Source of the DNA: Escherichia phage vB_EcoM_phAPEC6
DNA length: 64,000 nucleotides
Sequence record: MK817115.1
Reading direction: 5' to 3' (one strand)
A program made the translations under genes and the position numbers. Under the pieces are notes generated by a model. It saw nothing but the letters and a program-made list of their open reading frames with translations. It did not search any database and was not told where the DNA came from. Positions 19,217 through 29,145 of the stretch are shown in pieces. The first letter of the stretch is position 1. Each line of letters begins with the position of its first letter.

Positions 19217-21421
19217 TTAACTGTTTCTCTCACCTTGAGTGTTTTCAGAGATAGTTCTTAGATAGTTATTTGTCTGTTGCACGGCAGATAGAGATTGCTC
19301 ATTAACATCAGCAAGTTTTTTAAGTAACTCTTTCATGTCTTCTGATATTGTGGCATTATTATTAGCATTTGCCATACTACTACCACTATTTATCATCGCT
19401 TTCATGGCCTCATAATCGTCCGGTTCAGCTTGAATTGGTGGTTCATTTGGACCCCATGCTGATTTATCAAAAGTTTTTGGAGTTATGGTAACATATGGTG
19501 CAACATGTTCAGATTTTTCGATTCTCGCAGTTGCTCTTGGCTTATTTTCAAGACCACTACTAATAAGTTTTTCAGCAACTGATTCATCAAGGGGTTTTGG
19601 TTGTTTAAAGTTTCTACTTGAATTCCATTTTAAAAAACCATCAAATGAACTAGAAATATAATCACCAAATGAATTCATTTTTTCTTCAAAATAATTATTA
19701 ACTTTTTCTGCACCATCGGTAACAGAATTGTTTTCTACTTTTACTTTGTCGTCTGATCCACCAAACCAACCTTTAACAGAATCCCAAAGTTTACCAGGAA
19801 GATCCATTAGGTTATTCATAAAGCTATCAAATGCTTCTGAAACTTTATTATATCCACTACCAAAAATTTCAGTACCTAACCCTTCTAACCACTGCTCAAA
19901 CTCACCACCAATCCTATCCAAATACGCAACTGCATCTTTCGCAATAGGAACCAAACCAAAACCATCAAGTGCTAACTCTCCGATAAATTCCCATGCACCA
20001 TCAGTACGGTCTGCAATATCAGTAAGGTAATCCGCAATAGAATTTTGTGTATCTGCATACATTTTATTAAATGGTTCAGTAAATTCTTTACTAATCCATC
20101 TATTGAATCTATCAGTGAATTGTGTTAGTTTATCTGCTGGTTGACTCTTAGGATCATTAATCGCAGCTTCCATATCAAGTAGTTGTTGGTTGAAGGTTGC
20201 TGCCGTAGTGTTTCCTAATTGTATCTGATTTAATAAATCTTGCTTTATTAGTTCTTTGTTCTTTTTAACAAATTCCAATTGTTGACGGCGAATTTCTTGT
20301 GAATCAGTAACACCACTACGTACCAAGTTCTCACCTAAATCAGCAAATTGGTTCAGTACTGGAGTCAATAAATCATCTGGTACTCCACCAATAGTTAAAC
20401 GATGTGAAATTAAACGTAGAAAATCTGCACCAGCATCACCCATACTGGCAGCAGCTTCGTTAAATGCTTTTGATGTTGCAACTGCTGCTTTACTAGATAA
20501 TCCAGAATAGTTTTGTAATGCGATTTGCATTGAACGTGTGTCTAATGATTTATCTAAGTTTTGTGTTTTATTTAATAGTGCATCAACTGACTCACCCATA
20601 CTTTTACTGAACTTAGTCATACTCATGATAAACTGTTCAGTACTTTTTGCTTGATCCATACTACGTAACATTTCTCTTCCACCAAATTGCTTTTGGAATT
20701 TAATATTACGTGCAGTTAAATCAGTTAATGTTTTTTGAGAAACACCATATAAACCTAATTGATTTTGTGCTTGTTGCACAGTACCCAATAATTTACCAAA
20801 TGTAGAAACACCATCACCATATGCACCATCTAATTGTGCAACAACGGCACTATGAGTTTGTAATGCTTCACCAAATGCATCAATACTCATCATTGATGCA
20901 CCAGCACCTTTTAATATGGAGCCGTAACCTTCAGATAGAGCGACACCAGCACTGTTTATTCTATTATAAACTTCAAGCTGTGCATTTAACACATTATAAA
21001 CTGCTAAACCAGCGTCAGCGACCAATTTGAATGCAGATGCTGCTGCACCAACTGGACCTGGGATCATTGCTAATGAACCAGCAAATGAAGATGCACTCAT
21101 TCCTAGTGAGTTTACAACATTGCTAACGTTTGCAGACGTACTCATCATAGTTTTGCCGACATTCGATACTTCAGATGATAATGATTTGAATATTTTTCCA
21201 AATTCTTTACCATCATCAGCTTTGTTATTTGTTCGAGAGCCACGGTTTCCAGTACTTGATGAATTACTTCCATTACGTTTTCCACTTTTAGAACCGGATT
21301 TCTTTCTATCATTTTTTATATTTTCAGCCAATAACTCACGAATAGCACTCAAACTATCGTTGTTATCTTTAGTTTGATTAACCAACTGCTGGAGTAGGTA
21401 ATCACTTGTATTTCCAGCCAT
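19217..21421 (-). CDS. Large hypothetical virion protein (734 aa; tape-measure-like or internal/ejection protein)
   Basis: Gly/Ala/Ser-rich hydrophobic stretches and long helical regions; co-transcribed upstream of portal; AAGGGA RBS. Confidence 0.35.
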   Translation of the reverse strand: MAGNTSDYLLQQLVNQTKDNNDSLSAIRELLAENIKNDRKKSGSKSGKRNGSNSSSTGNRGSRTNNKADDGKEFGKIFKSLSSEVSNVGKTMMSTSANVSNVVNSLGMSASSFAGSLAMIPGPVGAAASAFKLVADAGLAVYNVLNAQLEVYNRINSAGVALSEGYGSILKGAGASMMSIDAFGEALQTHSAVVAQLDGAYGDGVSTFGKLLGTVQQAQNQLGLYGVSQKTLTDLTARNIKFQKQFGGREMLRSMDQAKSTEQFIMSMTKFSKSMGESVDALLNKTQNLDKSLDTRSMQIALQNYSGLSSKAAVATSKAFNEAAASMGDAGADFLRLISHRLTIGGVPDDLLTPVLNQFADLGENLVRSGVTDSQEIRRQQLEFVKKNKELIKQDLLNQIQLGNTTAATFNQQLLDMEAAINDPKSQPADKLTQFTDRFNRWISKEFTEPFNKMYADTQNSIADYLTDIADRTDGAWEFIGELALDGFGLVPIAKDAVAYLDRIGGEFEQWLEGLGTEIFGSGYNKVSEAFDSFMNNLMDLPGKLWDSVKGWFGGSDDKVKVENNSVTDGAEKVNNYFEEKMNSFGDYISSSFDGFLKWNSSRNFKQPKPLDESVAEKLISSGLENKPRATARIEKSEHVAPYVTITPKTFDKSAWGPNEPPIQAEPDDYEAMKAMINSGSSMANANNNATISEDMKELLKKLADVNEQSLSAVQQTNNYLRTISENTQGERNS

Positions 21422-21509
21422 AACATTCCCTTTTAATAGATGTATTATAGAAATATTTATGAAACTATAGAGAATATAAAAATTAGTTTAATTTAATCTT
21501 TTTTAGTCT

Positions 21510-21517
21510 TATAAATA
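21510..21517 (+). promoter_or_regulatory. T4-type late promoter TATAAATA for the 21552 gene
   Basis: Exact box ~35 nt upstream of ATG, in a divergent intergenic region. Confidence 0.5.
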
Positions 21518-21551
21518 CTAAAACACATTTATTACATGGAGATTTAATAAA

Positions 21552-22388
21552 ATGGCTATGAATCCACTTGCTAAGTACACTAAAATTGAAGAGATCAGTA
21601 CTAAGTTAGTTACAAACGGCGTTATTCCTTATAAAGAAGGAGTTCTAGGTCCAAAAGGTGTCAAATGTGGAGTTTGTGCACGTAGTGCACGTGATGAAAT
21701 GACACTTAATACCCCCGATATGTTACTAAACGGAGATGCAGTATCCCGTGTTATTGAAAACTGTGTTCCTAATGTAATTGACGCTGATGAGTTGTATGTA
21801 AATGACGTTGAAATGCTTCTTATTGCTATTAAAGTTGCTTCTAAAGAAGAAACATATGATATTAACGTTGTATGTCCTGAATGTGAAAAAGAAGGTCGAT
21901 TTGAACGTAATCTATCATATCTTCTTGAAACTGCACAAGCATTTGAAGAAATCCCATCAATTGATTTAGATAATGGACTACGTTTAGAATTTAGACCACT
22001 GACATGGAAAGAATATTCATCGTTTGCTGAACGCATGTTCAGTGAGCAGCAGAAGACTAAGTTTCTTGAAACTGCTGATATTGATAAAGATGAAAAAGTA
22101 AAAATATTTTCTGAAGTATTTGAAAACATGGCTCAACTTAACTTCGATATGATTGGTGGAGTTATTGCAAAAATTATAACACCAGATGGTGATGAAGTAG
22201 TTGAAAAAGAATTTATTAATGAATGGCTTGGACAACAATCGAAGGGAGTACTTAAACTAATTCGTGAAAAAATGGATGAAGTACTTGAAATTGGTGTATC
22301 TCATAGTATGGAAGTAGAATGTGATGGATGTAATCATCAATGGGAAATTGATGGACTAAAATATGATCCTAGTCATTTTTTCGAGTAA
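21552..22388 (+). CDS. Hypothetical late protein with three Cys pairs (putative zinc-binding)
   Basis: CGVC, CPEC and CDGC pairs; GGAG RBS; late promoter. Confidence 0.45.
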   Translation: MAMNPLAKYTKIEEISTKLVTNGVIPYKEGVLGPKGVKCGVCARSARDEMTLNTPDMLLNGDAVSRVIENCVPNVIDADELYVNDVEMLLIAIKVASKEETYDINVVCPECEKEGRFERNLSYLLETAQAFEEIPSIDLDNGLRLEFRPLTWKEYSSFAERMFSEQQKTKFLETADIDKDEKVKIFSEVFENMAQLNFDMIGGVIAKIITPDGDEVVEKEFINEWLGQQSKGVLKLIREKMDEVLEIGVSHSMEVECDGCNHQWEIDGLKYDPSHFFE

Positions 22389-22597
22389 TGCTTCTCCAGT
22401 CATCTCCTGAAGAAATACAAGAAGTACTGAAGGAGATAGAACTGAATAAGTCAGAAATCAAAAATGCACTAATGGAATGTTCTGTATATATGGATAACAT
22501 TGACTATGGAACACTCCTTAATATGCCATTAATAGATAGAGACTTATTAGTTAAGTCTTTTAATAAAAAAATTAAAAAACAAAACGAGAAGCACTAA
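22388..22597 (+). CDS. Small hypothetical protein (69 aa)
   Basis: TAATG overlap with upstream gene; followed by a terminator. Confidence 0.4.
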   Translation: MLLQSSPEEIQEVLKEIELNKSEIKNALMECSVYMDNIDYGTLLNMPLIDRDLLVKSFNKKIKKQNEKH

Positions 22598-22606
22598 TTT
22601 TCATAT

Positions 22607-22634
22607 AGCCAGCACATTGTTGCTGGTTTTTTTT
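22607..22634 (+). terminator. Intrinsic terminator (ccagca-cattgt-tgctgg plus T8)
   Basis: 6-bp stem followed by eight T. Confidence 0.7.
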
Positions 22635-23178
22635 GGTTTTAAACTACAGAATTATTTGAATTGAATTATGAAAGGATTAATTTTAATATTATTGGATTCA
22701 TCTAACTCATTTCATTCGTTAGCTGAAGAATATTCGTTACTACGTAACTCATATTCATTTAATTAAATTAATTATAAAGAACTTTAAAAGATTTAATACT
22801 TGACGGGATTTGTTGAGGACATTTTCATCCCCCCGCAGGGGAATGAAGACAATAAAAAAGAGACAATGAAGTCTCTATTTCTTGACGCTGATGGTTTCAG
22901 CATTTATTGTATTGCGAATTTCTTAAAAATATATTAAGAACGAAAGCGGGTTGCTCTGTTTCTCTCTATCGCAGTCATGTGCAACGGTCGTCAGTCTTAA
23001 TCATCCTGACACTCACCTGAAAGTCTATACAATCAAACTTCAGGCTGTTTATTAAAATCACTTAATAAACTCCCTTAGCAAATCTGGTAAGGTGCGATCC
23101 TTATATGTCTATCTAGGAACTCTCTGTATGCTTATCGGAGTTCTTTATTGAGCCGCATTGCCGTGAGGGGTTCAAACT

Positions 23179-23265
23179 ATGCCCACATCTAACGGGTTTC
23201 TTTTGCTCATCGCACTGTTGAACTGCTCATCTGCCATCTACATTTTCGATAGGATCAGGTTCTAA
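23179..23265 (+). CDS. Candidate micro-ORF, 28-aa hydrophobic peptide (speculative)
   Basis: GAGGGG 8 nt before ATG; reads MPTSNGFLLLIALLNCSSAIYIFDRIRF; uses rare codons (agg, ccc, ggg), so may not be coding. Confidence 0.15.
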   Translation: MPTSNGFLLLIALLNCSSAIYIFDRIRF

Positions 23266-23395
23266 TTTATATGCATTTCTGCATTCAACAGGATTGTCAT
23301 TACTACAACAAACATTATAGCACAAACTTTAAAGTTGTCTCACTATTTTTATAAAAATATTCATTAAGTACTTAAAATATTGCAAATAACTAATC

Positions 23396-23403
23396 TATAA
23401 ATA
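23396..23403 (+). promoter_or_regulatory. T4-type late promoter TATAAATA for endonuclease VII gene
   Basis: Exact box ~30 nt upstream of ATG 23434. Confidence 0.5.
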
Positions 23404-23433
23404 TTTTGATAACAAATAGTTTGGTGAGGAATT

Positions 23434-23925
23434 ATGAAAAAAAGATTAAAAGATAGTAAGGATGCTGCAAACTATCGAAACGAATTGCTAAAGAAACAAA
23501 ATGGAATAGATCCTATAATTAAAGAACCAATAACTAAACCAGTACTGGATCACTACCACTATGGTAACCAACATTGTAGACAAGTTCTTCAAAATGAAGT
23601 CAATGCTTGGGAAGGAAAGGTACAAAACAGCTTCAATCGATATATGAAGCACTTAACTGATAAACCATTATATGAGGTACTCAGAAATCTTGCTGATTAC
23701 TTAGAGCGTAATAACAGCATTCCTGACGATGAACAAGTTATACATCACACTGCACTAACTGTGGATGTTAATAAGTTTAAAAGGCTTCCAGCAACACAGC
23801 AAAACGCGATTCTGGAAGGGTTAGGAGTTGTCCCTGGTAGTAACACTACTGCTCGTGTAAAGCAAGCTAGAAAGCTGATTAAGGACGGTAAATTAAATAT
23901 GGTTGATATAAAAAAAGGGAGCTAA
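23434..23925 (+). CDS. Endonuclease VII-like Holliday junction resolvase (gp49-like)
   Basis: LDHYHYGNQHCRQVLQNEVNAWEG resembles the T4 endo VII core as recalled; GGTGAGGA RBS. Confidence 0.6.
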   Translation: MKKRLKDSKDAANYRNELLKKQNGIDPIIKEPITKPVLDHYHYGNQHCRQVLQNEVNAWEGKVQNSFNRYMKHLTDKPLYEVLRNLADYLERNNSIPDDEQVIHHTALTVDVNKFKRLPATQQNAILEGLGVVPGSNTTARVKQARKLIKDGKLNMVDIKKGS

Positions 23926-23940
23926 GGCTCCCTTTATCTT
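23911..23940. terminator. Bidirectional terminator (gggagc-taag-gctccc) between convergent genes
   Basis: A-run upstream, T-rich downstream; stop codon of the 23434 gene lies in the loop. Confidence 0.6.
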
Positions 23941-23943
23941 TAA

Positions 23944-26091
23944 TTAGAAAACATCGTCAAGGGTTGCATATTCAACAGTACTGAAACCGTCCTCTTTAAC
24001 AACTTTGAGGATTTTTTCAGTCTTAGATAGTAACTCTTCTCTGTGGGAAATAGCATAAACGTTCTTACCACGTACAGCAGCCATATCTTGGAAGATAGAC
24101 CACACACGTAGAACACCACTTGAGTCAAGACCTTGGTCAATCATCTCATCAATGATAAGAATATTAATACTTTGGTATAATGACTCATATGTATCACGGA
24201 AAGCACAAGATAATGCGATGTTTACCCTTGTACGCTCACCTCTACTAAGCTGTTTATAGTCAAAGTACTGTCCACTCTTCTCAATTTCAACACTCAAATC
24301 ATTCAAAAACACAACATTATGCTCAGAACCGCACATATCGATATAGTACTGAAGTCGTGTATTCAAATATGAGATATTTTGCTCAATAATACGTTTACGG
24401 ACATAAGAATCCTTGTTTAAAAGTAATTTAACCAAGAAATCTTGGTGATTTGACATTTTATCAAGATTATTATAGTCGCTATAATCGATTGGTACTAAAG
24501 AATCAGTCTTCAGGGTATTAATTTGGCTAATAAATGTGTTAGTAGTCTTCAATTCACGATCTAATTGCTGTGATAATGAATTTACAGTCATTTCTAACTC
24601 TTTAACTTCATATTTGTTTAATGTATCTGGAACTTCCATTAGTTCATATGAGTTAAGTTCATCATATGATGACATAAGTTCATTTGCATAGATGTTTATT
24701 TGTTCTTCTTCACTCTTTCTGACCAATTCTTGAAGCTTATGTTCATGCATTTGTGCTTCTGAAAGTGTATTATAATATGTCACGGGCTTAGGTGGCATAT
24801 CAAAAATCTCAATACTATCAATTTCTTGAAGTAATGTTTCAATTTCAGAAGAAGAACTATCAATTTTAGCTTGAAGATCATTAATAGTACTTTGGATTTT
24901 GTCTTTAATTGAAGAAGTATGTTCGTTATGTTCTAATTCAGACATACAAAGTGGACATTTGCTGTTTTCAACTGTTGATAATTTGTCAATTTCAGCATTA
25001 ATTGAACATTCATATCCTTTTAAAGCTATTTTTAGTGAGTTTAGTTTTTGTTCTTTGAAACGTTTTTGGTTATTATTCTCTTTTAGAATACCCTCTAACT
25101 GTTTCCATATCTCCAACTCATTATGATTTTCCAATTCTGCACTAATATCAATAGTTTTTAGCTTATCAATGCTTAGATTTAATGCTCTTTTAGATCTTTC
25201 AAGTTCACGGTCATATGCATCAAATTTTAAAGCCAACTCTTGTACACGGCGTTCGATTTCCCCACGCTTTGCGTTATGAATAAGAGCTTTCTCTTTTATA
25301 TCAGCAGCTTCATAGAGGTCATTAAAGTCTAAAGTTTTATATATATTCAACTCTTCATTTAACTTAGATACTCTATTATTTTTATCAATTTCAAACTGGT
25401 TTGCCTGTTCTTGTAGTGTCTCAATACTTTTTTGAATACGTTCATTACTTGCAGCTACAGTTTCATTTTTGAACTTTTCTTGTTCGGCTAAACGTTTAGT
25501 ATCCTTATACATCTCCTTTAGCATTTCAGCTTTTTCCGTCAACTGTGTTATTCCAAGAAGTTCTTCTATCATATCACGTTGTTTTTGTGTGGATAAAGCT
25601 AAGAAAGGTTCAACGTTAGCATTCAGTACTACAATATGTTCAAATAATAATTGAGATATACCAAGAATTTCATTCAAATCTTCTTGTGTGTCTTTCTTTT
25701 CTCCCCTTGATTCATCTTCAATTTTATTATCTTTCCCTAAAGTAACAAAATTGAAATACGTGGGACTTCTCCCACGTTCAACCAGATATTGTACACCATC
25801 TTTTTCAAACTCTACAACTACTTCACAATTTTTGCCATTAGTTTTATTGACTAGGTTCGGAATTTTAATATCATTACCAATACTTTTACCAAATAATCCA
25901 AAAACTAATCCTTGAATAATAGCACTTTTCCCTACACCATTTCGACGTCCGGTACTGTCACCACCTTCAATAACTGCATCATTATTTTGACCCAGTACTA
26001 ATGAAATGTCAGAACCATTCAATTCAATTGATTGTGGTGCATTACCAAATGAAAAGAAGTTCCTCATAGATATACGTGTAATGTTTAGCAT
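23944..26091 (-). CDS. SbcC/Rad50-like recombination ATPase (gp46-like)
   Basis: Walker A GRRNGVGKS near N-terminus, long coiled-coil middle, Walker B ILIIDE near C-terminus; N-terminus resembles T4 gp46. Confidence 0.8.
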   Translation of the reverse strand: MLNITRISMRNFFSFGNAPQSIELNGSDISLVLGQNNDAVIEGGDSTGRRNGVGKSAIIQGLVFGLFGKSIGNDIKIPNLVNKTNGKNCEVVVEFEKDGVQYLVERGRSPTYFNFVTLGKDNKIEDESRGEKKDTQEDLNEILGISQLLFEHIVVLNANVEPFLALSTQKQRDMIEELLGITQLTEKAEMLKEMYKDTKRLAEQEKFKNETVAASNERIQKSIETLQEQANQFEIDKNNRVSKLNEELNIYKTLDFNDLYEAADIKEKALIHNAKRGEIERRVQELALKFDAYDRELERSKRALNLSIDKLKTIDISAELENHNELEIWKQLEGILKENNNQKRFKEQKLNSLKIALKGYECSINAEIDKLSTVENSKCPLCMSELEHNEHTSSIKDKIQSTINDLQAKIDSSSSEIETLLQEIDSIEIFDMPPKPVTYYNTLSEAQMHEHKLQELVRKSEEEQINIYANELMSSYDELNSYELMEVPDTLNKYEVKELEMTVNSLSQQLDRELKTTNTFISQINTLKTDSLVPIDYSDYNNLDKMSNHQDFLVKLLLNKDSYVRKRIIEQNISYLNTRLQYYIDMCGSEHNVVFLNDLSVEIEKSGQYFDYKQLSRGERTRVNIALSCAFRDTYESLYQSINILIIDEMIDQGLDSSGVLRVWSIFQDMAAVRGKNVYAISHREELLSKTEKILKVVKEDGFSTVEYATLDDVF

Positions 26092-26099
26092 ATAGTCCC

Positions 26100-27131
26100 T
26101 TATAACGATCTGTAAATTTGGATTAGAAGATTTTTATCAAACATGGGTGAGTCAATTTCCATAATTTGCTGCAACACAATCTCATCAACTGATTCAGTAC
26201 TTTCAAAACTAACACCATCTTCAATTAATTCTGCGATACTTTGCTTGCTCGTTACAACATTAAACTCTCTAATGTTGTAAAGTTTAGTAAATGTATCACG
26301 AATAAAACTAATCTCATCTGTTGTTATTGATATATCAACTTGAACTTTTGATATTGTATTATCTTGAAGATAATAACCAGGATCAGTTAACAATTCTGAA
26401 AGTGTAAATGTTCTATATTTTGGTGCATGTTCCCATGATTTGAAAATAGGTTCTTTACCATGTTCAAGGATCATTACACCTCTTGCATCATCCCATGTAT
26501 CGGAAAAATTATGTGGAAAACAATTACCAGTATAAACTACACGAGTTCCTTTTGAAGTTGTTTTTGACTGCCTTTTATGAAAATGTCCACTAAAAACATA
26601 CTCACAACCACCAAAAGAACCTTCTGTTTCTTTTCCATGATCAGGCATTTCTACCATCTTGTTAAGCAAGTAACCTGGTAACTCTAAGTGACCAAAAACA
26701 TACTTACTTTTTAGTTGAGGTAACAACTTATATTCATCTTCAATCATAAATGGAATGAAAGTACAATCATCAAATGTTGTAATTTCATTAATGAATTCTA
26801 TATTTTCATAAACTTGAGCCATATTGATACTTGTTATATCACGTTTGTTTTTATGATACATATCATGGTTGCCTACTAAAAAATATACTTTTTCAAAATT
26901 ATCATTTAATAATTGAAGAATTTGTAAACCATAGTTTAGTGTTTGGATATTGATATTACTTCTATTATGAAAATAATCTCCCATAAAAACACAAACTTTG
27001 ATATTATTTTTTTTAGCTACCTCAATCATGAATTTAATGAAGTTTAAACAATCTTCATTGTGTTGCTTGCTGTTATTCTTTAAACCTAAATGAATATCAG
27101 TGAATGTAATTGCTTTATCAAACAGAGCCAT
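26100..27131 (-). CDS. SbcD/Mre11-like nuclease (gp47-like)
   Basis: Phosphoesterase motifs DIHLG, GDYFH, GNHD, GHLE, SGHFH; ORF-track start 27149 is TTG; ATG 27129-27131 has AAAGGA RBS. Confidence 0.8.
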   Translation of the reverse strand: MALFDKAITFTDIHLGLKNNSKQHNEDCLNFIKFMIEVAKKNNIKVCVFMGDYFHNRSNINIQTLNYGLQILQLLNDNFEKVYFLVGNHDMYHKNKRDITSINMAQVYENIEFINEITTFDDCTFIPFMIEDEYKLLPQLKSKYVFGHLELPGYLLNKMVEMPDHGKETEGSFGGCEYVFSGHFHKRQSKTTSKGTRVVYTGNCFPHNFSDTWDDARGVMILEHGKEPIFKSWEHAPKYRTFTLSELLTDPGYYLQDNTISKVQVDISITTDEISFIRDTFTKLYNIREFNVVTSKQSIAELIEDGVSFESTESVDEIVLQQIMEIDSPMFDKNLLIQIYRSL

Positions 27132-27957
27132 CTTCATTTTTCCTTTCAATCATGTTCAATTCAATTTCAATTTGACGTGTATGTGATGGCGTAAAGCCAT
27201 GCATTTCAAGTAAATCATCACGTATATTTCGAACATTTTTCTCACTATTCAATATAGAACGAAAACTATTGTTTACGAATGATGTATAGTAAGAGAAAGG
27301 ATTTAGCTGAACTGCTGGTTTATCTTTTTTATAAAGAATGCTCTCTTTAAAGAGAAGTGCGTTTTTAACTAATTGTATTCTTGCATCACCCATCATTTCA
27401 TCTAAGTATGTATAGTTTCTGTAATTAGATTTGTGTGAGATTTCCTCTGCAAGTTTAATGAACATCTTCCCAAGTTCATTTGTAATTTTACCATGAACAG
27501 TACTGAATTCACCAGTTTCAAGGTCGCCTTTCCAGTGAGAACGACAAACTTCATAGAGAATACCTTCATTATCTACAATATAATGCTTGAATGGTTCAAA
27601 GTTAACTCTAGTATCTGGTGGAATATGTTCATCTGTAATAACACGAATAACAACTTCATCAATTGGAACGTCAGTGATAACTAAATTGTGTTCATCTGCA
27701 TATTCTTTAGCTTTTTTAGCACTCATATTTTCCTTTTCACGAATACTATCAAGCATTTCATTGTTCAGTCGTTTAATTCGTGCTGCCTTAGCTTTTTCTA
27801 GTAACTCAGCAGTAATTTCTGACTCATGAAAAACAATATAATCATACATACTATATGATTTGTCTAATAACCAGCAATATGAAATTTTACTTTTTTGTAT
27901 TTCACGAAGTAAATCAGCATTATTGAGATACTTTTTACGCTTTGGTCTATTTGTCAT
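27118..27957 (-). CDS. Possible late sigma factor (gp55-like)
   Basis: N-terminus KKYLNNADLLREIQ resembles T4 gp55 KYNYVNNKELLQAI as recalled; gene order 55-47-46 as in T4; exact TATAAATA late promoters are present elsewhere. Confidence 0.45.
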   Translation of the reverse strand: MTNRPKRKKYLNNADLLREIQKSKISYCWLLDKSYSMYDYIVFHESEITAELLEKAKAARIKRLNNEMLDSIREKENMSAKKAKEYADEHNLVITDVPIDEVVIRVITDEHIPPDTRVNFEPFKHYIVDNEGILYEVCRSHWKGDLETGEFSTVHGKITNELGKMFIKLAEEISHKSNYRNYTYLDEMMGDARIQLVKNALLFKESILYKKDKPAVQLNPFSYYTSFVNNSFRSILNSEKNVRNIRDDLLEMHGFTPSHTRQIEIELNMIERKNEDGSV

Positions 27958-28045
27958 TGTATTTTACTCTCCATGTTTAAATCCAATAGGTACAATCCTT
28001 GTACCATCAATGTTATTATAGCACCAAAAAGCAGTTTGTCCCACG

Positions 28046-28053
28046 TATAAATA
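28046..28053 (+). promoter_or_regulatory. T4-type late promoter TATAAATA for baseplate operon
   Basis: Exact box 35 nt upstream of ATG 28089, with GGAG RBS between. Confidence 0.5.
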
Positions 28054-28088
28054 CATCAAATGTTCCCTTATTATGGAGAATCAAAAAG

Positions 28089-28820
28089 ATGATTGATCGT
28101 AGAATTCGATTACGACCTAAAGCCGCAGGTGCTAACTATGTATATGGTGATTTTGGAGATAGCTCCGAACCAACTCTACTTTCGTTTCTGCGTCCAACTA
28201 ATGGGTTGGTTTGGACTGTAACACCAACAATTACTGAACAAAGGTCAATTCAGTATGAAACACAGTCCCCTATACATACTAACAGTAACTATAACAACTA
28301 TAAGAACACTACTAATACAGTTTTCACGATTCAGGGTGAATTTTATGCGAATACAGCAGCAGAAGCTATGTATGCGTTGGCATGTGTTCATTTTATACGT
28401 TCTGTTTCGTTGATGGATTTTGGTAGACAAGCTGCTTCGGCTAATAACCCCGAACTCGCAATTGCAGGTGCACCACCACCAATCTTACTTCTAAGTGGAT
28501 ATGGTCGTTATACATATAATGATATTCCTGTTATTTTAAAATCTTATAATTTTACTTACCCAAATGATGTTTCTTATATTCAAGTTCCGTTGAATAGTAG
28601 CGATAGTACTTTTAATTTATCCGACATGGATAGTAGAAAATTCTTCGAACAACTTAGAAGTACTGGATATATGAACCCACAAGATGAAGTTTGGGTTCCA
28701 CAAAAAATCTCAGTTATGTTACAACTTGAAGAACAACCAACATCGGATTATATGACTAAAACGTTCAACCTCAATGCATTCAAACGTGGTGAACTATTAC
28801 GTAAAGGAGGATTCATTTAA
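28089..28820 (+). CDS. Hypothetical baseplate/tail protein
   Basis: ORF track 27999..28820; start re-picked at ATG 28089 downstream of promoter and RBS; first gene of baseplate operon. Confidence 0.45.
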   Translation: MIDRRIRLRPKAAGANYVYGDFGDSSEPTLLSFLRPTNGLVWTVTPTITEQRSIQYETQSPIHTNSNYNNYKNTTNTVFTIQGEFYANTAAEAMYALACVHFIRSVSLMDFGRQAASANNPELAIAGAPPPILLLSGYGRYTYNDIPVILKSYNFTYPNDVSYIQVPLNSSDSTFNLSDMDSRKFFEQLRSTGYMNPQDEVWVPQKISVMLQLEEQPTSDYMTKTFNLNAFKRGELLRKGGFI

Positions 28821-29134
28821 TGTCCAACTATAGTCAATACTCACCTTACGCTAAGGTGAAACAAACATGGTATCTTGGGTATACTTTACCACGTGATATT
28901 GTTCCGGCTGATACTGATGATTTTTATGAGATCCCATTGAAATATGAATATCAACCTTGGCGTTTAGCATACGAAATGTATGGTAATGAACGCTTATATT
29001 ATATTTTCGCATTGTTAAATCCAGACATACTAGGAGAAGATCCTATATATAATTTTAAAAGTGGAGTAACAATTAGAATACCAGCAAATCAAAGAGTACA
29101 GAATTATCTTAATGGTACTCGAAACATAGGCTAA
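28820..29134 (+). CDS. Small baseplate-associated protein, possibly LysM-like fold
   Basis: TAATG coupling; C-terminal YNFKSGVTIRIP resembles LysM/gpX-type peptides; weak. Confidence 0.3.
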   Translation: MSNYSQYSPYAKVKQTWYLGYTLPRDIVPADTDDFYEIPLKYEYQPWRLAYEMYGNERLYYIFALLNPDILGEDPIYNFKSGVTIRIPANQRVQNYLNGTRNIG

Positions 29135-29145
29135 TGGAGTAACGT

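Noticed and set aside
22640-23330. Possible tRNA genes in the ORF-free region
   Set aside because: The only GTTCAAA T-loop-like match (23170-23176) lacks a pairing T-stem, and no cloverleaf could be built on either strand. A covariance-model scan is still needed.
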